From NCBI RefSeq assembly GCF_028641065.1, contig NC_073414.1, positions 2,232,001 through 2,296,000 on the forward strand: DNA of 64,000 nucleotides, read 5' to 3'. The translations under genes and the position numbers were made by a program. This DNA comes from Leucoraja erinacea (Eukaryota). Positions within the stretch are counted from its first letter, which is position 1. The number at the start of each line of letters is the position of its first letter. This document shows positions 37,651 to 49,814 of this stretch, one piece after another. Under the pieces are notes generated by a model, which saw only the letters and a list, made by a program, of their open reading frames with translations, was not told the DNA's origin and made no database searches.

Positions 37651-39574
37651 ATGGAAGTTGATGTGTTCAGACTGCTGCTTTGGGTTAAGAAGCCACAGAT
37701 ACAGATGGGTGTAACGTTAGGCGAGGACGTTTAAATGGCCGCACACATTGACTGGGTAGATGTGTGCTCGCAGTGATATATCTTCCCTCTGTGGCAACAA
37801 GCAAGAGCCTCCCGCAGGCAGGAAGAACAGCATAGTTGGTTGACCTTCGCCCTAAAGATTTGCTGATCATGTCCAGTCTAACTGTTGCCATGTTTGTTTT
37901 AAGACCTTCCCCGCTCGAGCTGCTGTTAAGAGGTCGGAGACTGAAACTGTGATCCAGCAGCCAGTGACTCGCAGAATCCGTATTAAACCTGCAGCATTAT
38001 CACCAGTAAACCCAGGCGAACAGAACTCGCGGCTACCAGGAAATCCACGCGCCTTTTGGGGAATCTTTGTCCAGCACCACTTTCCATTGAAGCATGTTTC
38101 TACAAAACTTGTCTTTCCTCCAGCACTCGCTGATACACTGACACAAATGGACTAACAAAGTCATGTCGTAACACGGAACGCCAGATGCTGGTTTATACCA
38201 AAGAAAGACATAAAATGGTGTAGTAACTCAGCAGGTCAGGCAGCATCTCTGGGGAACATGGATGCATGACGTTTCAGGTCGGGACCTTTCTTCAGTTTTC
38301 TGACCCGAAATGCCACTATCCATGTTCTCCAGAGATGCTGCCTGATCCACTGAGTTACTCCTCCATTTTATGTATATTTTTGTATAAACCAGCATCTGGA
38401 GTTCCTTGTTACTACTTTACTGTTTATCTGTGATGTTTACCCCAGTAAATGCACTTTGAGTTGTGTAATCCTGGAGTCTGGCAGAAGCTATTTTGGTGAT
38501 GATGATGTAAGAGTATTATTTTATTGAACATCTAAATAAAATGGTGGGGGAATTATCTTCAGGTCCCTGAATTTAGGTTGCCTTTCCAGTGTAACTACAC
38601 AGCCAGGGATCTGTAATTACTGGTTTACACCAAATCATACAAAGTGCTGGAGTAACTTAGCAAACCAGGCAGCGTCAATGGAAAATAGACAAAATTACTG
38701 GAGAAACTCAGAGGGTGCGGCAGCATCTATGGAGCGAAGGAAATAGGCAACGTTTCGAGCCAAAACCCTTCTTCAGACTTTGATTCTCCAGCATCTGCAG
38801 TTCTTTCTTGAGTAGCGTCAATGGAAAACATGGAGAGGTGACGTTTTGGGGCCCCTATCCATGTTCTCCAGAGATGCAGCCTGACCTACTGAGTTATTCC
38901 AGCACTTTGTATCCTTCAGTGTAACTAGCTTCAGCTCAATAACGCAGCCTGAACTGTAAATGCTTTGAGTTTGTACATTAAGTTGTTTCTGTCCTGAAAG
39001 ATTAATTTTATAGCAGTGTATTTCTCAGAGAGCCTAGCTCTCTACCTGTATTGTTGCCCCACTCACACTTTATGGTACAACTTTCATTGCAGAGCCCAAA
39101 AGTGGGATTCATCATATGGTAGAACAGAGAAACATGCATCTCACAAACTTCAAGGGGTAAAGGGCTTGTCACTAACCTATTTGTAAAATCAAATGTAACA
39201 ATAAGTGTGTTGTCTCTTAGCTGCGTGCTAAGTTCATTTTAAGCCAAATCTTTTGCAACTGTACAGAATGTGGCACTGTCAGTATTTAACACAGCGTGTA
39301 ATACAGCACTTTCAACGTAGAAAATCTCAGTTGCTGATAATTCCCCCACCACCTCTTCTGTGGATAACTGCTTGTTGTGGACAGGCATGTGGGGAAAGGA
39401 ATGTGACTCGATTTTCAGGTGTGGGTCTGTACTGTAAAGAAGCGTTGAAACACACGATGTCTTCACAACTAGTTTTATTACTAACATTTATATTGATACA
39501 CATTTGTGCCCTAGCTGTCCGTGGTCTGTCACTGGAGCTAGAGAGAGAGCTGGAGGTGGGGAGGTTACAATTAT

Positions 39575-40039
39575 ATGGGGTCCAGGGGGGGTCTGCACCA
39601 GGTGGATGTCGCGGTGGAAGGAAACCAAATCGAAGTCCTGGCACGCACGGGCGCCCAAAAGTGTGACATTCTCAGATTCCAGCAGGTGAAAAGTGAGGGG
39701 CCGAGAGGTCTCCAGGATCGTGCAGATAAGAGTAGCCTTGCCGACTGGTACGAGCACGCCTCCCCCATAGGCATGAAGACGGGAGTCGTTGGAAGTAACC
39801 TTCTCCCCAGACCTTATCTTCTTGAAGAGGCTCACTGACATAACATTGGAAAACGCCCCCGTGTCGACCTTCACCAGAAAGGTCGTCCCATTCACAGTAA
39901 CACGCACTGAGGGATCAGCTATCAGTGCAGGTGCACCCAACAGTGAAAACACTCGATTCGTCATGGGAGGAACTTGTATCAGAATCAGGGAGTCCGTGTG
40001 ACTGGTGCTGGGAACTGGTTGCGTTATCAGCCTAAGCAA
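39575..40039 (-). CDS. Retropepsin aspartic protease of the LTR element
   Basis: VKVDTGAFSNVM active site and TLLGARAC; offset by one frame from gag; truncated into the LTR. Confidence 0.85.
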
Positions 40040-40826
40040 TGTTGTTTAGACTTCTGGGAGCAGGAACAGGTTTTCTACGGGAGCGACATGCAGCAGAAAA
40101 ATGATTTAGCTTCCTGCAGAAATTACAAGTTTTTCCCAGCGCAGGGCAAACATTAAATAGATGGGAGGCAAAGTTGCAGTTGGGGCAACGACGCGGGCCG
40201 TCTCTCGTGGGTGCGGGTGAGCCACGCTGGCGGGGTGGGCCATCGAACAGCCGGCGGCCAGCAGCACTGGCATAGTTAATGTCCTGAGCCACAGGTGATA
40301 GCATGGAGGCGATATAAGCAGCCATGCGAGAGGCGTGCGTAGCCTCATTCAAAGTCAGGTCGGGCTTCCTCAAAAGTTCAGCCCTTAGTTTCTTGTCCAG
40401 GAGACCGTAAACCAGGACATCCCGGATCAGTTGGTCGGGGGTCAGCGTGTCGAGGCGGCAACGCCGTGCTAGGTGACGCAACGAGGCAATGTAGGTTTCA
40501 ATGTACTCCCCGGGTCTCTGGCGCCTGGTGAAAAACTTAAACCTTTCCAGTATGCAGTTGGTAGGAATGTCACACAGTGCAGTGAACTTAGCCATAAGAC
40601 ATACCGGGTCCTGAGCATCCTCACCAGCACCGTACTCGAACGATTCAGAACGTTCCATGGCCTCCGGGCCAGCCAGGTTGAGGAGCAGGCGTGCCTCCAC
40701 CGCAGGGGTGGCATCAGGATTCACAATCGCAATGTAATGCTCGAAATCGCGCTGGAAGACAAACCACCGATTGACGATGTCGGAGTCAAACACCAGAACA
40801 TCTGGTTTACGACAAGAGTTTGACAT
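40032..40826 (-). CDS. Gag protein of the LTR element (264 aa)
   Basis: ERFKFFTRRQRPGE major-homology-like region, LIRDVLVYG, two CCHC knuckles. Confidence 0.9.
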   Translation of the reverse strand: MSNSCRKPDVLVFDSDIVNRWFVFQRDFEHYIAIVNPDATPAVEARLLLNLAGPEAMERSESFEYGAGEDAQDPVCLMAKFTALCDIPTNCILERFKFFTRRQRPGEYIETYIASLRHLARRCRLDTLTPDQLIRDVLVYGLLDKKLRAELLRKPDLTLNEATHASRMAAYIASMLSPVAQDINYASAAGRRLFDGPPRQRGSPAPTRDGPRRCPNCNFASHLFNVCPALGKTCNFCRKLNHFSAACRSRRKPVPAPRSLNNIA

Positions 40827-41666
40827 TTCAAGGCAAGGATTAAAAACAACGAAAGGTGTGGAACAGGGAGAAAAGTAAATATAAACCCCGATACACAGGA
40901 GGCGCAAAGTTCGACTATGAGCGTTGAAACACACAATGTCTTCACAACTAGTTTTATTACTAACATTTATATTGACACACATTTGTGTCCTAGCTGTCCG
41001 TGGTCTGTCACTGGAGCTAGAGAGAGAGCTGGAGGTGGGGAGGTTACAATTATACTGAAGATAACGGGGAGTGGTTAGTAGTGGTGAGGTCACTATGTTA
41101 AAGGAACATGCACTGATCTACATGTACCAAGTGATATTAGATGTAGTTAAAGGTAACATAACTCACACTCGGAACAGCCCTTAACGGGAATGGTTGACCA
41201 GGGAAGATGGCCATAAATTAAACACGTTAAAAGGAGGAATGACAAAAAATGCTGGAGAAGCGTCACCTATTCCTTCGTTCCATAGATACTGCCCCCCCTG
41301 CTGAGTTTCTCCAGCATTTATGTCTACCTTCAATTTTTCCAGCATCTGCAGTTCCTTCTTAAACAAAAGGAGGAATGACATCTATGCTGGTGTACAGAGT
41401 TCCAGGCAAACATCTTTCTTTCCCTCCCCTCTTATCCTTCCTTGTCTGTCCTGCTGATCCTTTTATCAGTGGTGCAATGCTAGTCTCTGCTATATTAAGT
41501 GCAATTAACACTTGCCTCAAGTAAAAAATATCTAATTCCTTATTCAGTGTCTGTTGTCTTATCACCAGATATGATGCTGGAGTAACTCAGCGGGACAGAT
41601 AGCATCTCTGGAGAAAAGGAATGGGTGACGTTTCTGATCGAGACTTCTTCTTTGGGAGATGGTAGT

Positions 41667-41694
41667 CTGACGAAGGGTCTCGATCCGAAACGTC
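41667..41694 (+). ncRNA. Minimal hammerhead ribozyme motif (Penelope type)
   Basis: CTGACGA-agggtctcgatcc-GAAAC-GTC with GT/AC and ATGG/CCAT flanks. Confidence 0.55.
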
Positions 41695-42280
41695 ACCCAT
41701 TCATAGATGCTGCCTGTCCCGCTGAGTTACTCCAGCATTTTGTGTATATCTCGGGTTTAATCCAGCACCTGCAGTTCCTTCCTACAAAATAAATATTGTT
41801 ATTTGTGTATTGGTTGGCGGAATTGCATTGGTTTTAATAATAAATGTGCAGCTAAGTCGCGAGGCTCTTGAGTTTCTTGGCCCATGTAGACTGCATTCAC
41901 ACCTCTGTGGAGTGTCGCTGTTATACAAGTACGAGAGTGAGTATGGAACCTGCATCTATTGTAGGTGCAATGTGTTGGGGTTCTTTTTGATTAAAATGAT
42001 CAACACTGATTTTGTTGGAATTAAAAGATTTATTTACAAAAAGATTGTAGAAAAATCAGTACAAATAAAGTCTATTGAATGTATTTGAGTACTTTCATTC
42101 CCCCCCCCTCCTGGGACACAACGCAGCTCTGGCATATTAACAATCGCAACCGTCCTGAAGGTGGCATCAGCTTGGGTGTAAGAGCATAGCCTGGAAAATG
42201 GTGCAAGAGTCGAATAGCAGGCCATCCATTCCCAGCTCAAAGAGCCCAAGGAGCCAGGACTGTCACCTCTCCCTGTAGAT

Positions 42281-42514
42281 CAAGGGTTCCCAACCTGGGG
42301 TGAATTTACCTCCAGGGGATACATTTCGCCGACCCAGGGGGTAAATTTGTTGATTGTGGATTTGTAGATATTTTTTCTCATTGACGGACTGTGTTTGGTT
42401 CTGGTATACCGGGATCTGTTCATCATTAGTTGTTCATAAATACGTGAAATGACATTGTTATGTGCTATTAAAGATGCCAGGGGTAAACGGGACAATCAAG
42501 GTTGGGAACCCCTG
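42281..42514. mobile_element. hAT-type MITE
   Basis: TIRs CAAGGGTTCCCAACCT and AGGTTGGGAACCCCTG; 8-bp TSD CTGTAGAT/CCGTAGAT. Confidence 0.85.
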
Positions 42515-43586
42515 CCGTAGATACTTAAATATCTTTGTATTAAACTCATAGAAACAAGGAACTGCAGATGCTGGTTAATACACAAAAGGACATAAAGTGC
42601 TGTAGCTGCTGGGTCCACAAGTCCAGATCAGAGAAACACATGCACTTTCCAACCTGAGGTATTTGTGTGCAACAGCACACCAAACATGCAACACTATAGG
42701 CGAGATTCCACAGAAGATAGACACAAAATGCTTGAGTAACTCAGCGGGACAGGCAGCATCTCTGGAAAGAAGGAATGGGCAACGTTTCAGGTCGTGACCC
42801 TTCTTTAGATCGACCCGAAACGTCACCTATCGTTTTCTGCAGAGATGCTGCCTGACCCGCTGAGCTACTCCAGCACTTTATTCCTTTTTCTTTTGTTAAC
42901 CAGTATCTGCAGTTCCTTGTTTTGACACATTAGGACTGATCAGGACTTCATCCATTTCCAGAGATCACGGAGTCTAGCATCATTCTACTATCCTGCCGAC
43001 CATGTTCCATGGTACAGTATTTCAGCAAAGCCAGAGTGCTCACCTCCTCCCCATTGAATGCTCATCTCAGAGGGACTGGACGTCAATAAATCCCACCAGA
43101 ATATCACGTGGGACACAGCAGGCAGGAGAGGGAGTGGTCACTCCTGCGGAAACACTACATTAGCATCTGTCAGATCATTTATGCCTGGCAGGTGTAACTC
43201 TGGCCAATAATAGCACATAACAGATTGTAGGACCAGTAAAAATGCAAACTTTCAATGTCCGAACCATGAGAAATGTCCTAACTGTAGTTATAAAATAAAT
43301 TAGTCTCAGTCCTGTGTTACTCTTGCCTGTTCAAGTTGACAGTAGTCAAACATTCACCATTGCACAGAACCTGTTTTTTTTTTCTCTTCCTATTTACAAT
43401 AAGCTAACAGATACACAGTTCTGGAGAGTGAAGGCTTTGTTAAGTAGTGTTGGCTTTGTTGGTTCAGGCAGGTGGTGTGTGGGGAGGGGAGGCTGTGCCC
43501 AAGTTCAGACACAGTCTCACCCACCAGCCCTGCCCTCCCTGGCACATTCCTTGTCGACGGTCTAACGGAAGTGGTCAGTGCTCCAC

Positions 43587-43681
43587 TCACTCCGTCCGTG
43601 CTCCCAGTTTCCTCATGTATTCTTGCAACGCGTTTAACCGCGCATCGATTTCAGAAAGGTCGCAGGAATCCAGGTAGTTTT
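43587..43681 (-). CDS. CCDC61: CCDC61 last coding exon (13)
   Basis: NYLDSCDLSEIDARLNALQEYMRKLGARTE*. Confidence 0.92.
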
Positions 43682-43750
43682 CTAGGGGAAAAAAGTGCAC
43701 AAAAGCAGAGTTTTTATATAAAAAAATAAAATTAAAAAAAATAATTTACA

Positions 43751-44145
43751 TAGAAGCATAGAAAATAGGTGCAGGAGTAGGCCATTCTGCCCTTCGAACC
43801 TGCACCACCATGGCTGATCATCCAACTCAGTATCCTGTACCTGCCTTCTCTCCATACCCCCTGATGCCTTTAGCCACAAGGGCCACATCTAACTCCCTCT
43901 TAAATATAGCCAATGAACTGTGGCCTCAATTATCTTCTGTGACAGAGAATTCCACAGATTCGCCTCTCTGTGTGAAAAATGTTTTTATCATCTTGGTCCT
44001 AAAGGATTTCCCCTTTATCCTTAAACTGTGTGACCCCTTGTCCTGGACTTCCCCAACATCGGGAACAATCTTCCTGCATCTAGCCTGTCAACCCCCTAAG
44101 AATTTTGTAAGTTTCTATAAGATCCCCCCTCAATCTTCTAAATTT
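43751..44145 (-). mobile_element. CR1 3' fragment
   Basis: CR1 3' UTR and ORF2 end. Confidence 0.88.
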
Positions 44146-44687
44146 AGATAATTAAACTCAAATATTTCAATGTCAGAACCATGAGAAATGTCCTAACTAT
44201 AGTTATAAATTAAATTAGTCTCAGTCCTCTGTTACTCTTGCCTGTTCAAGTTTTTACCCAGTTCCCTCTTCATAGTTACTACTTAATCAGCCTCCACTGC
44301 AACCTATGTACCAGCTCTTAAACCCAGCAGCTCAATACCCTAAGGGGTAAAAGCAAAAGTTGCTCCTTTTGCATTTAGTCTGTACATTATCCCAACATTT
44401 TAATAAACAGACAGGTACATGGATAGGACAGGTTTGGAGTTCTGTTTAGTTTATTGTCACGTGCACCTAGGTACGGTGGAAAGCTTTTCGTTGCATTCTA
44501 ACCAGTCAGCAGAAACTATACGACACGATGACACTTTAAAGACAATACACGAGGGATATGGACCAAACGCAGCTAGGTGGGACAAGTGTAGGTGGAGTAT
44601 GTTGGGCGAATTGGGCCGGTTTCCACGTTGCATCCCTCTATCACTTTGCGTTGGATGTGAGCAGATTCCAATTATACCACCTCTTAC

Positions 44688-44760
44688 CTTTGTCAGACTT
44701 TAACTTGTTTAACATTGTTGGGGTGCTGGCCAGACGCTTCGGTTTTGGCTTCCTCGGAGG
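44688..44760 (-). CDS. CCDC61: CCDC61 coding exon 12
   Basis: PPRKPKPKRLASTPTMLNKLKSDK; phases 0/1. Confidence 0.85.
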
Positions 44761-45242
44761 CTGAAGAAACAGGAGATAAAATGCTGGGGTCATTTCTTGG
44801 GATTTTGCTGCAAAGGATTCCATTCAGGCCACCGTGCCAATGTCAGCTCTGTGAACAAGCCTTACACTTCATTCCACACTCTGTTCGTTCACTAGATCCC
44901 TGCTGCAATTTCCCTCTTTCAGATAACTAACAATCGATTTCAAAAAGCTACAATTCAATCTGCTTCCACCACCCACAAAGAAGGCAATACCAAACGTTTT
45001 GTTTAGGATGTTGAAGGAAGGAGATGGAAATGAAAATTATGTTCTCCACAAGATTACACCAGGACTAAGCCTCAATCAATATCCCTAAAGCCGACCTTCG
45101 TGTTGCTGCGGTTGGGTACTTGCCATTCATAAAGTCGCAGTGAAGCAAATGCAGCAACCAAAGTATGTACAAAACGATTTTATTGGCTGCAAGTAACTTG
45201 GAAGAATGAGAGTGGCAGGGATTCCATAAACCAGGGACTCAC

Positions 45243-45306
45243 CAAGTTGGGGCTGGTCCAGGAAGCTGACCCCAACGGTCGTCTTGGTTTTCTGACTCTT
45301 TGCAAT
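45243..45306 (-). CDS. CCDC61: CCDC61 coding exon 11
   Basis: LQRVRKPRRPLGSASWTSPNL; phases 2/0. Confidence 0.82.
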
Positions 45307-45750
45307 CTGTTGGAGGGGAGAGAGAGGAATCAGCTGTTTAGTTTTAGTTTTAGTTTAGAGATACAGCGCAGAAACAGGCCCTTCGGCCCATTGAGTTTGC
45401 GCCGACCAGCGTATCCGGCAGATTAACACACCAGGGACAAATTTACATTTATACCCAGCCAATTAACCTACAATCCTGTACGTCTTTGGAGTGTGGGAGG
45501 AGACCAAAGATATCAGAGAAAACCCACGCGGTTACGGGGAAAATGTACAAACTCCGTACGGACAGCACCCGTAGTCGGGATTGAACCCGGGTCTTTGGCA
45601 CCGTGAGGCAGCAACTCTACCGCTGCACCACCGTGTTCTTTTAACACACAATGAATCTGACACTCACTATAGATACTTCCTAGTCTACACTGGCTCCAAT
45701 TCACCACACACACCCAGTGGCAACTCTGTCCACTTCAATCACTTCATTAC

Positions 45751-45829
45751 CTGGATTTGGCTGGTGCCCCGTTGTCCTCACAGTCGCTGGCCGAGCTCGC
45801 CGACGAGAATCTGATTCGGAGATTTTCTG
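45751..45829 (-). CDS. CCDC61: CCDC61 coding exon 10
   Basis: ENLRIRFSSASSASDCEDNGAPAKS; phases 1/2. Confidence 0.82.
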
Positions 45830-45894
45830 CTGCAGAAGAGTTGCAAAGTTGTGAGCGCGATTCCCATCCCAGAAGGGCAGGTCCCTGTTCAGTA

Positions 45895-46105
45895 CTGACC
45901 ATGGAGGCTGCAGGACCCCAGACCCCATAGACCCCAACAGGACCATGGAGGTTGCAGGCCTCCAGACCCCATAGACCCCAACATGACCATGGAGGTTGCA
46001 GGCCTCCAGACCCCAACAGGACCATAGAGTCTGCATGACCTCCAGACTACAACATGACCATGGAGGGAGGCTGCACGGCCTCCAGACCCCATAGACCCCA
46101 ACACG
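45895..46105. repeat. ~44-bp intronic minisatellite, ~5 copies
   Basis: GACCATGGAGGTTGCAGGCCTCCAGACCCCATAGACCCCAACA variants. Confidence 0.85.
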
Positions 46106-46230
46106 ACAAAAGTACCCCCGCGCCAGGTCCCCCCCCGCCCTCCTCACGGCAGTTCCCCCACGCCCGGTCCTCCTTTGCTACTTCCCCAAAACACCCATCC
46201 CTCCACACCACGTCCCCCACAGGCCCCTAC

Positions 46231-46367
46231 CCGACGAGCTCCGAGCGCGAGTCCGACCGGCCTCCTGCATCCTGCAGTTGCTGCCTTCCCGAGAGCAAGT
46301 CCGGGACTTGGGGCGCCCCCGCTCATCGCTGGTCAGGCCGTTCAGGTCCCTGTGGACCTTCCTCAAG
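46231..46367 (-). CDS. CCDC61: CCDC61 coding exon 9
   Basis: LRKVHRDLNG...GRTRARSSS; phases 2/1. Confidence 0.8.
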
Positions 46368-46693
46368 CTGCACAAGAGATTTAGGGGGGGGAGGGTTAAA
46401 AGTCAACGTGAAGGTAAATCGCGGGGCCTCAGCGGCAACGGTGGAGAGGTCGGTGCGGCGCTCGATGATATCACCGACTGACGGATGAAAGTGAGGCCGC
46501 CGCAGCCGGGGAGACAATGGAGGACTGGGCGTGGGGGGCCGTCGTGAGGGGGTGGAGGAGGAGAATAAACGGGGATACTTTAACTGTGTACGCGCCCTTT
46601 ATGTGGCGACTATTCGCATACCTTGGGCACGCAATCAAAGAATTTCACTGCGACTTGTCACGTGGCAATAAAGCATTCATTCATTCAACTTAC

Positions 46694-46772
46694 TTCCGCT
46701 GGTCGGCCTCCTTCTGTTTGCTTTTCTTGTCGTGAACGTACGCAGTGGGATCGAAGCGGTGCTGTCGAATGC
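46694..46772 (-). CDS. CCDC61: CCDC61 coding exon 8
   Basis: IRQHRFDPTAYVHDKKSKQKE, conserved RFDPTA motif; phases 1/2. Confidence 0.92.
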
Positions 46773-47359
46773 CTGAGGGAAAGAAAACCCACGCGGGTAA
46801 GACCGTTGACCACAAACTCGTCCGACGCCCGGTTCCGCACCAACATCGAACACCCAACACACATTGCAACCCAAGTGCAGAGCCTTTTACCGGACTCGTG
46901 CTGGGGGATTTAGAGATGCCGTGTACAGACCAACCAGGGAACTGTAGTCTGCATCCAGTACTGAGGATTCTTTCATGCCCGCTGATGCCACAAGCTGCTG
47001 GAAACCCAATAAGTGATTTAAATCAATTTATTTATTTATTCATATTCTATGTCGCTCTTTCAGGGAGATGCTAACTGCATTTCATTGTCTCTGTATTGTA
47101 CACTGACGTTGAATCGAATCTGAAGTCACAAAAATCAAGGGTTTAGACCCGAGGATACAGGTTTAAGGCAAGGGGGGGAAAGATTCAATTGGAACCTGAA
47201 GGGTAACTATTTTTTACACGACATCCGATAGGTGGGTGTGTGGAATGGGCTGCTGGAGGAGGTAGTTGAGGCAGGTACTATCGCAACGTTTAAGACACAG
47301 TTAGACAGGTACATGGATAGGACAGGTTTAGAGGGATGACGTTTTGGGGTGCAGTGTAC

Positions 47360-47625
47360 CTGTTGGAGAGGGGGTCAGCTTGGGCACGAGGCATCGATCT
47401 CCTTGCTGGCTCTCCCGGGAGGATGATCTGTCACTCCGACGGAACGATGTCTGGCGGCCACTTCTCTCTCTGGACGTGGACCTCCCCCGGTCTCGGGAAT
47501 CTGCCCACTGCTGGCTCCGGTCCCGCGTGGCCGACCGACTGTCGCCCCTGCTCTGGGTGCGCCGGCCAGAACTGAGGCTGTAATTCGAGCGGCTTTGTGG
47601 GGAGGGACCGGCTGGAGTGATTCGA
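47360..47625 (-). CDS. CCDC61: CCDC61 coding exon 7
   Basis: Arg/Ser-rich RITPAG...TPSPT; phases 2/1. Confidence 0.87.
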
Positions 47626-48144
47626 CTGGAATGAAAGGGGAGAGGGGGCAGGTGGGGAAAAGAGTACGATTTAAAATCTGCAGATAATAGTAGAACTGTG
47701 AGTAGGATAGGCATGTCCTTGGCCTCCTACACTGGCAGAGTGAGGCACAGTGCACACTGGAGGAACAGCACCTCATATTTCGCTTGGGCAGCTTACACCA
47801 CAGCAGTATGAATTAGATTATTTCCCACTTCTATATCCTTGTAGTAATAATAATAATAATAATCTTTATTTATATAGCACTTTTCAACAAAACCAGTATT
47901 TGAACCAAAGTGCTTTACAGAGATTGATTAAATTAATTGAACAGATCAAATGTCAATATATCCATACAAAACAAAAAAGAGAAAAAAAAAAAGACACAGA
48001 AAAAAGACACAGAACAGTACACTATAGAAATCAACATGAACCGTCCCCCCACAGCAGAATTCACTGTGAGGGAAGGCACTAAAAATATCCAGTTCTCCCC
48101 CTCATAGTCCATAGTAGAGTGCAGAGGGTAACTGTACTGACAGG

Positions 48145-48510
48145 TTCAAGTTCAAGTGAGTTTATTGTCATGTGTCCCTGTATAGGACAATGAAATTCTT
48201 GCTTTGCACAGAACAGTAGGCATTGACTACAAAACAGATCAGTGTGTCCATATACCATAATATAAATATATACGCACATGAATAAATAAACTGATAAAGT
48301 GCAAATAACAGAAATTGGGTTCATAATAATCTGAGTTTTGTCCGAGCCAAGTTTAATAGCCTGATGGCTGTGGGGAAGTAGCTATTCCTGAACCTGGTTG
48401 TTGCAGTCTTCAGGCTCCTGTACGATCTGCCTGAAGGTAGCAGGGAGATGAGTAGGTGGCCAGGATGGTGTGGATCTTTGATGATACTGCCAGCCTTTTT
48501 GAGGCAGCGT
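48145..48510 (-). mobile_element. Rex1/Babar LINE 3' end
   Basis: GSIIKDPHHPGHLLISLLPSGR...RFRNSYFP; near copy of 25290-25645. Confidence 0.78.
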
Positions 48511-48591
48511 GGTTTAATTAACTCAACACAGAATTGACGGCCAGGGTGAAGCAGGTTTTGGTGCAAATGGAGTTCCAAGTCACAAACTCAC

Positions 48592-48674
48592 CCTCTCTTG
48601 TACAGACCCAGCTCGATCGACAGGTTCTTCACCCGTAGCTTCAGTTTCCGCTCTGAAGCCTTCACCTCTTCAAG
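48592..48674 (-). CDS. CCDC61: CCDC61 coding exon 6
   Basis: LEEVKASERKLKLRVKNLSIELGLYKR; phases 0/2. Confidence 0.93.
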
Positions 48675-48734
48675 CTGTGGGAAGAATTCGAAAGACAAAC
48701 AAACAATAATTTTGTGCTGAAACTGGAGAACTTG

Positions 48735-49039
48735 AGGGCCTGTCGCACTGTACGAGAGTTCTCCCGATTCGAACTCGGAGAATGTGGTAGCGGGTCCGTA
48801 GGAGTTCGCGGATCTCGTAGCGGCTCGTACGAGTAAAAAGTAACCATTTTTTTCCATCACGAGTATTTTTTTACTCGTGGACATTTTTCACAGTGTTTCC
48901 CCGAGTACCTACCGTTACTCGTACGAGCCGCTACGAGACATCCACGAACTCCTACGGACCCGCTACGGACATTCTCCGAGTGAATCAGGGGAAAATACGG
49001 GAGAACTCTTGAATTGCCTCGTACAGTGGGACAGGCCCT
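48735..49039. mobile_element. PIF/Harbinger-like MITE
   Basis: TIRs AGGGCCTGTCGCACTGTACGAG and CTCGTACAGTGGGACAGGCCCT; palindromic CpG-rich body; TTG/TTA flanks. Confidence 0.8.
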
Positions 49040-49814
49040 TTAGGCTTCAGGTTGAGAAGATAAAAGTAGATCTTAAAATCATGAATGATCAAAAATCACG
49101 AACCAGAGGACATAAGTTTAAGGTGAGAGGGGAAATATTGTCGGGTACCTTTTTCACACAGAGGGGGGTGGGTGTGTGGAACAAGCTGCCAGAGGAGGTA
49201 GTTGAGGCTGGGACTATCGCAACGTTTAAGAAACATTTAGACAGGTACGTAGATGGGACAGGTTTAGAGGAATATAGGCCAAATGTACGCAGGTGGGACA
49301 AGTGTAGATGGGACATGTTAGCTGGTGTGGGCAGGTTGGGCTGAAGAGCCTGTTTCCACACTGGATGAGTCCATGACTATCAGTTTTGAATTGCGCCAGT
49401 AAGATATCTGTTTCCAGTGGCAGAAATAAGATTTAAGATAGATAAAAGATTGCAACCTTCACATGGTCCACCCTGTTTCGACGAATGCAATCAACCCGGC
49501 GTGCACCATCAAATAGAACAAGTTGTCCTACACCTTTAGGCTGTGCACGCCATAAGCAAGAAAAAGAAGACTGATCTCATTATTCCCCAATATAAGTTCA
49601 TGGACACAAAATTCAATATCACAGTACACAAACACTATTCATTTTTCACTGAAGACAGACACAAAATGCTGGAGTAACTCAGCGGGACAGGAAGCATCTC
49701 TGGATGGAAGGAATGGGTGACCCTTCGGGTCGAGACCCTTCTTCAGACCGATCTATTCTGCATTTTCCTTGATCTGCACCCCTTTGATGTTTCGTTTTCA
49801 CACCTTACCCTTCC

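Larger units (their letters stand above)
39433..41122 (-). mobile_element. Internally deleted Ty3/Gypsy (Mag-like) LTR retrotransposon
   Basis: TGTA...TACA termini; TGTAC TSD at 39428 and 41123; ~134-bp direct repeats at 39441 and 40920. Confidence 0.85.

Noticed and set aside
40827-41093. N-terminal 89 aa of the 353-aa ORF
   Set aside because: Reads through the LTR and leader; Gag most plausibly starts at the ATG at 40826.
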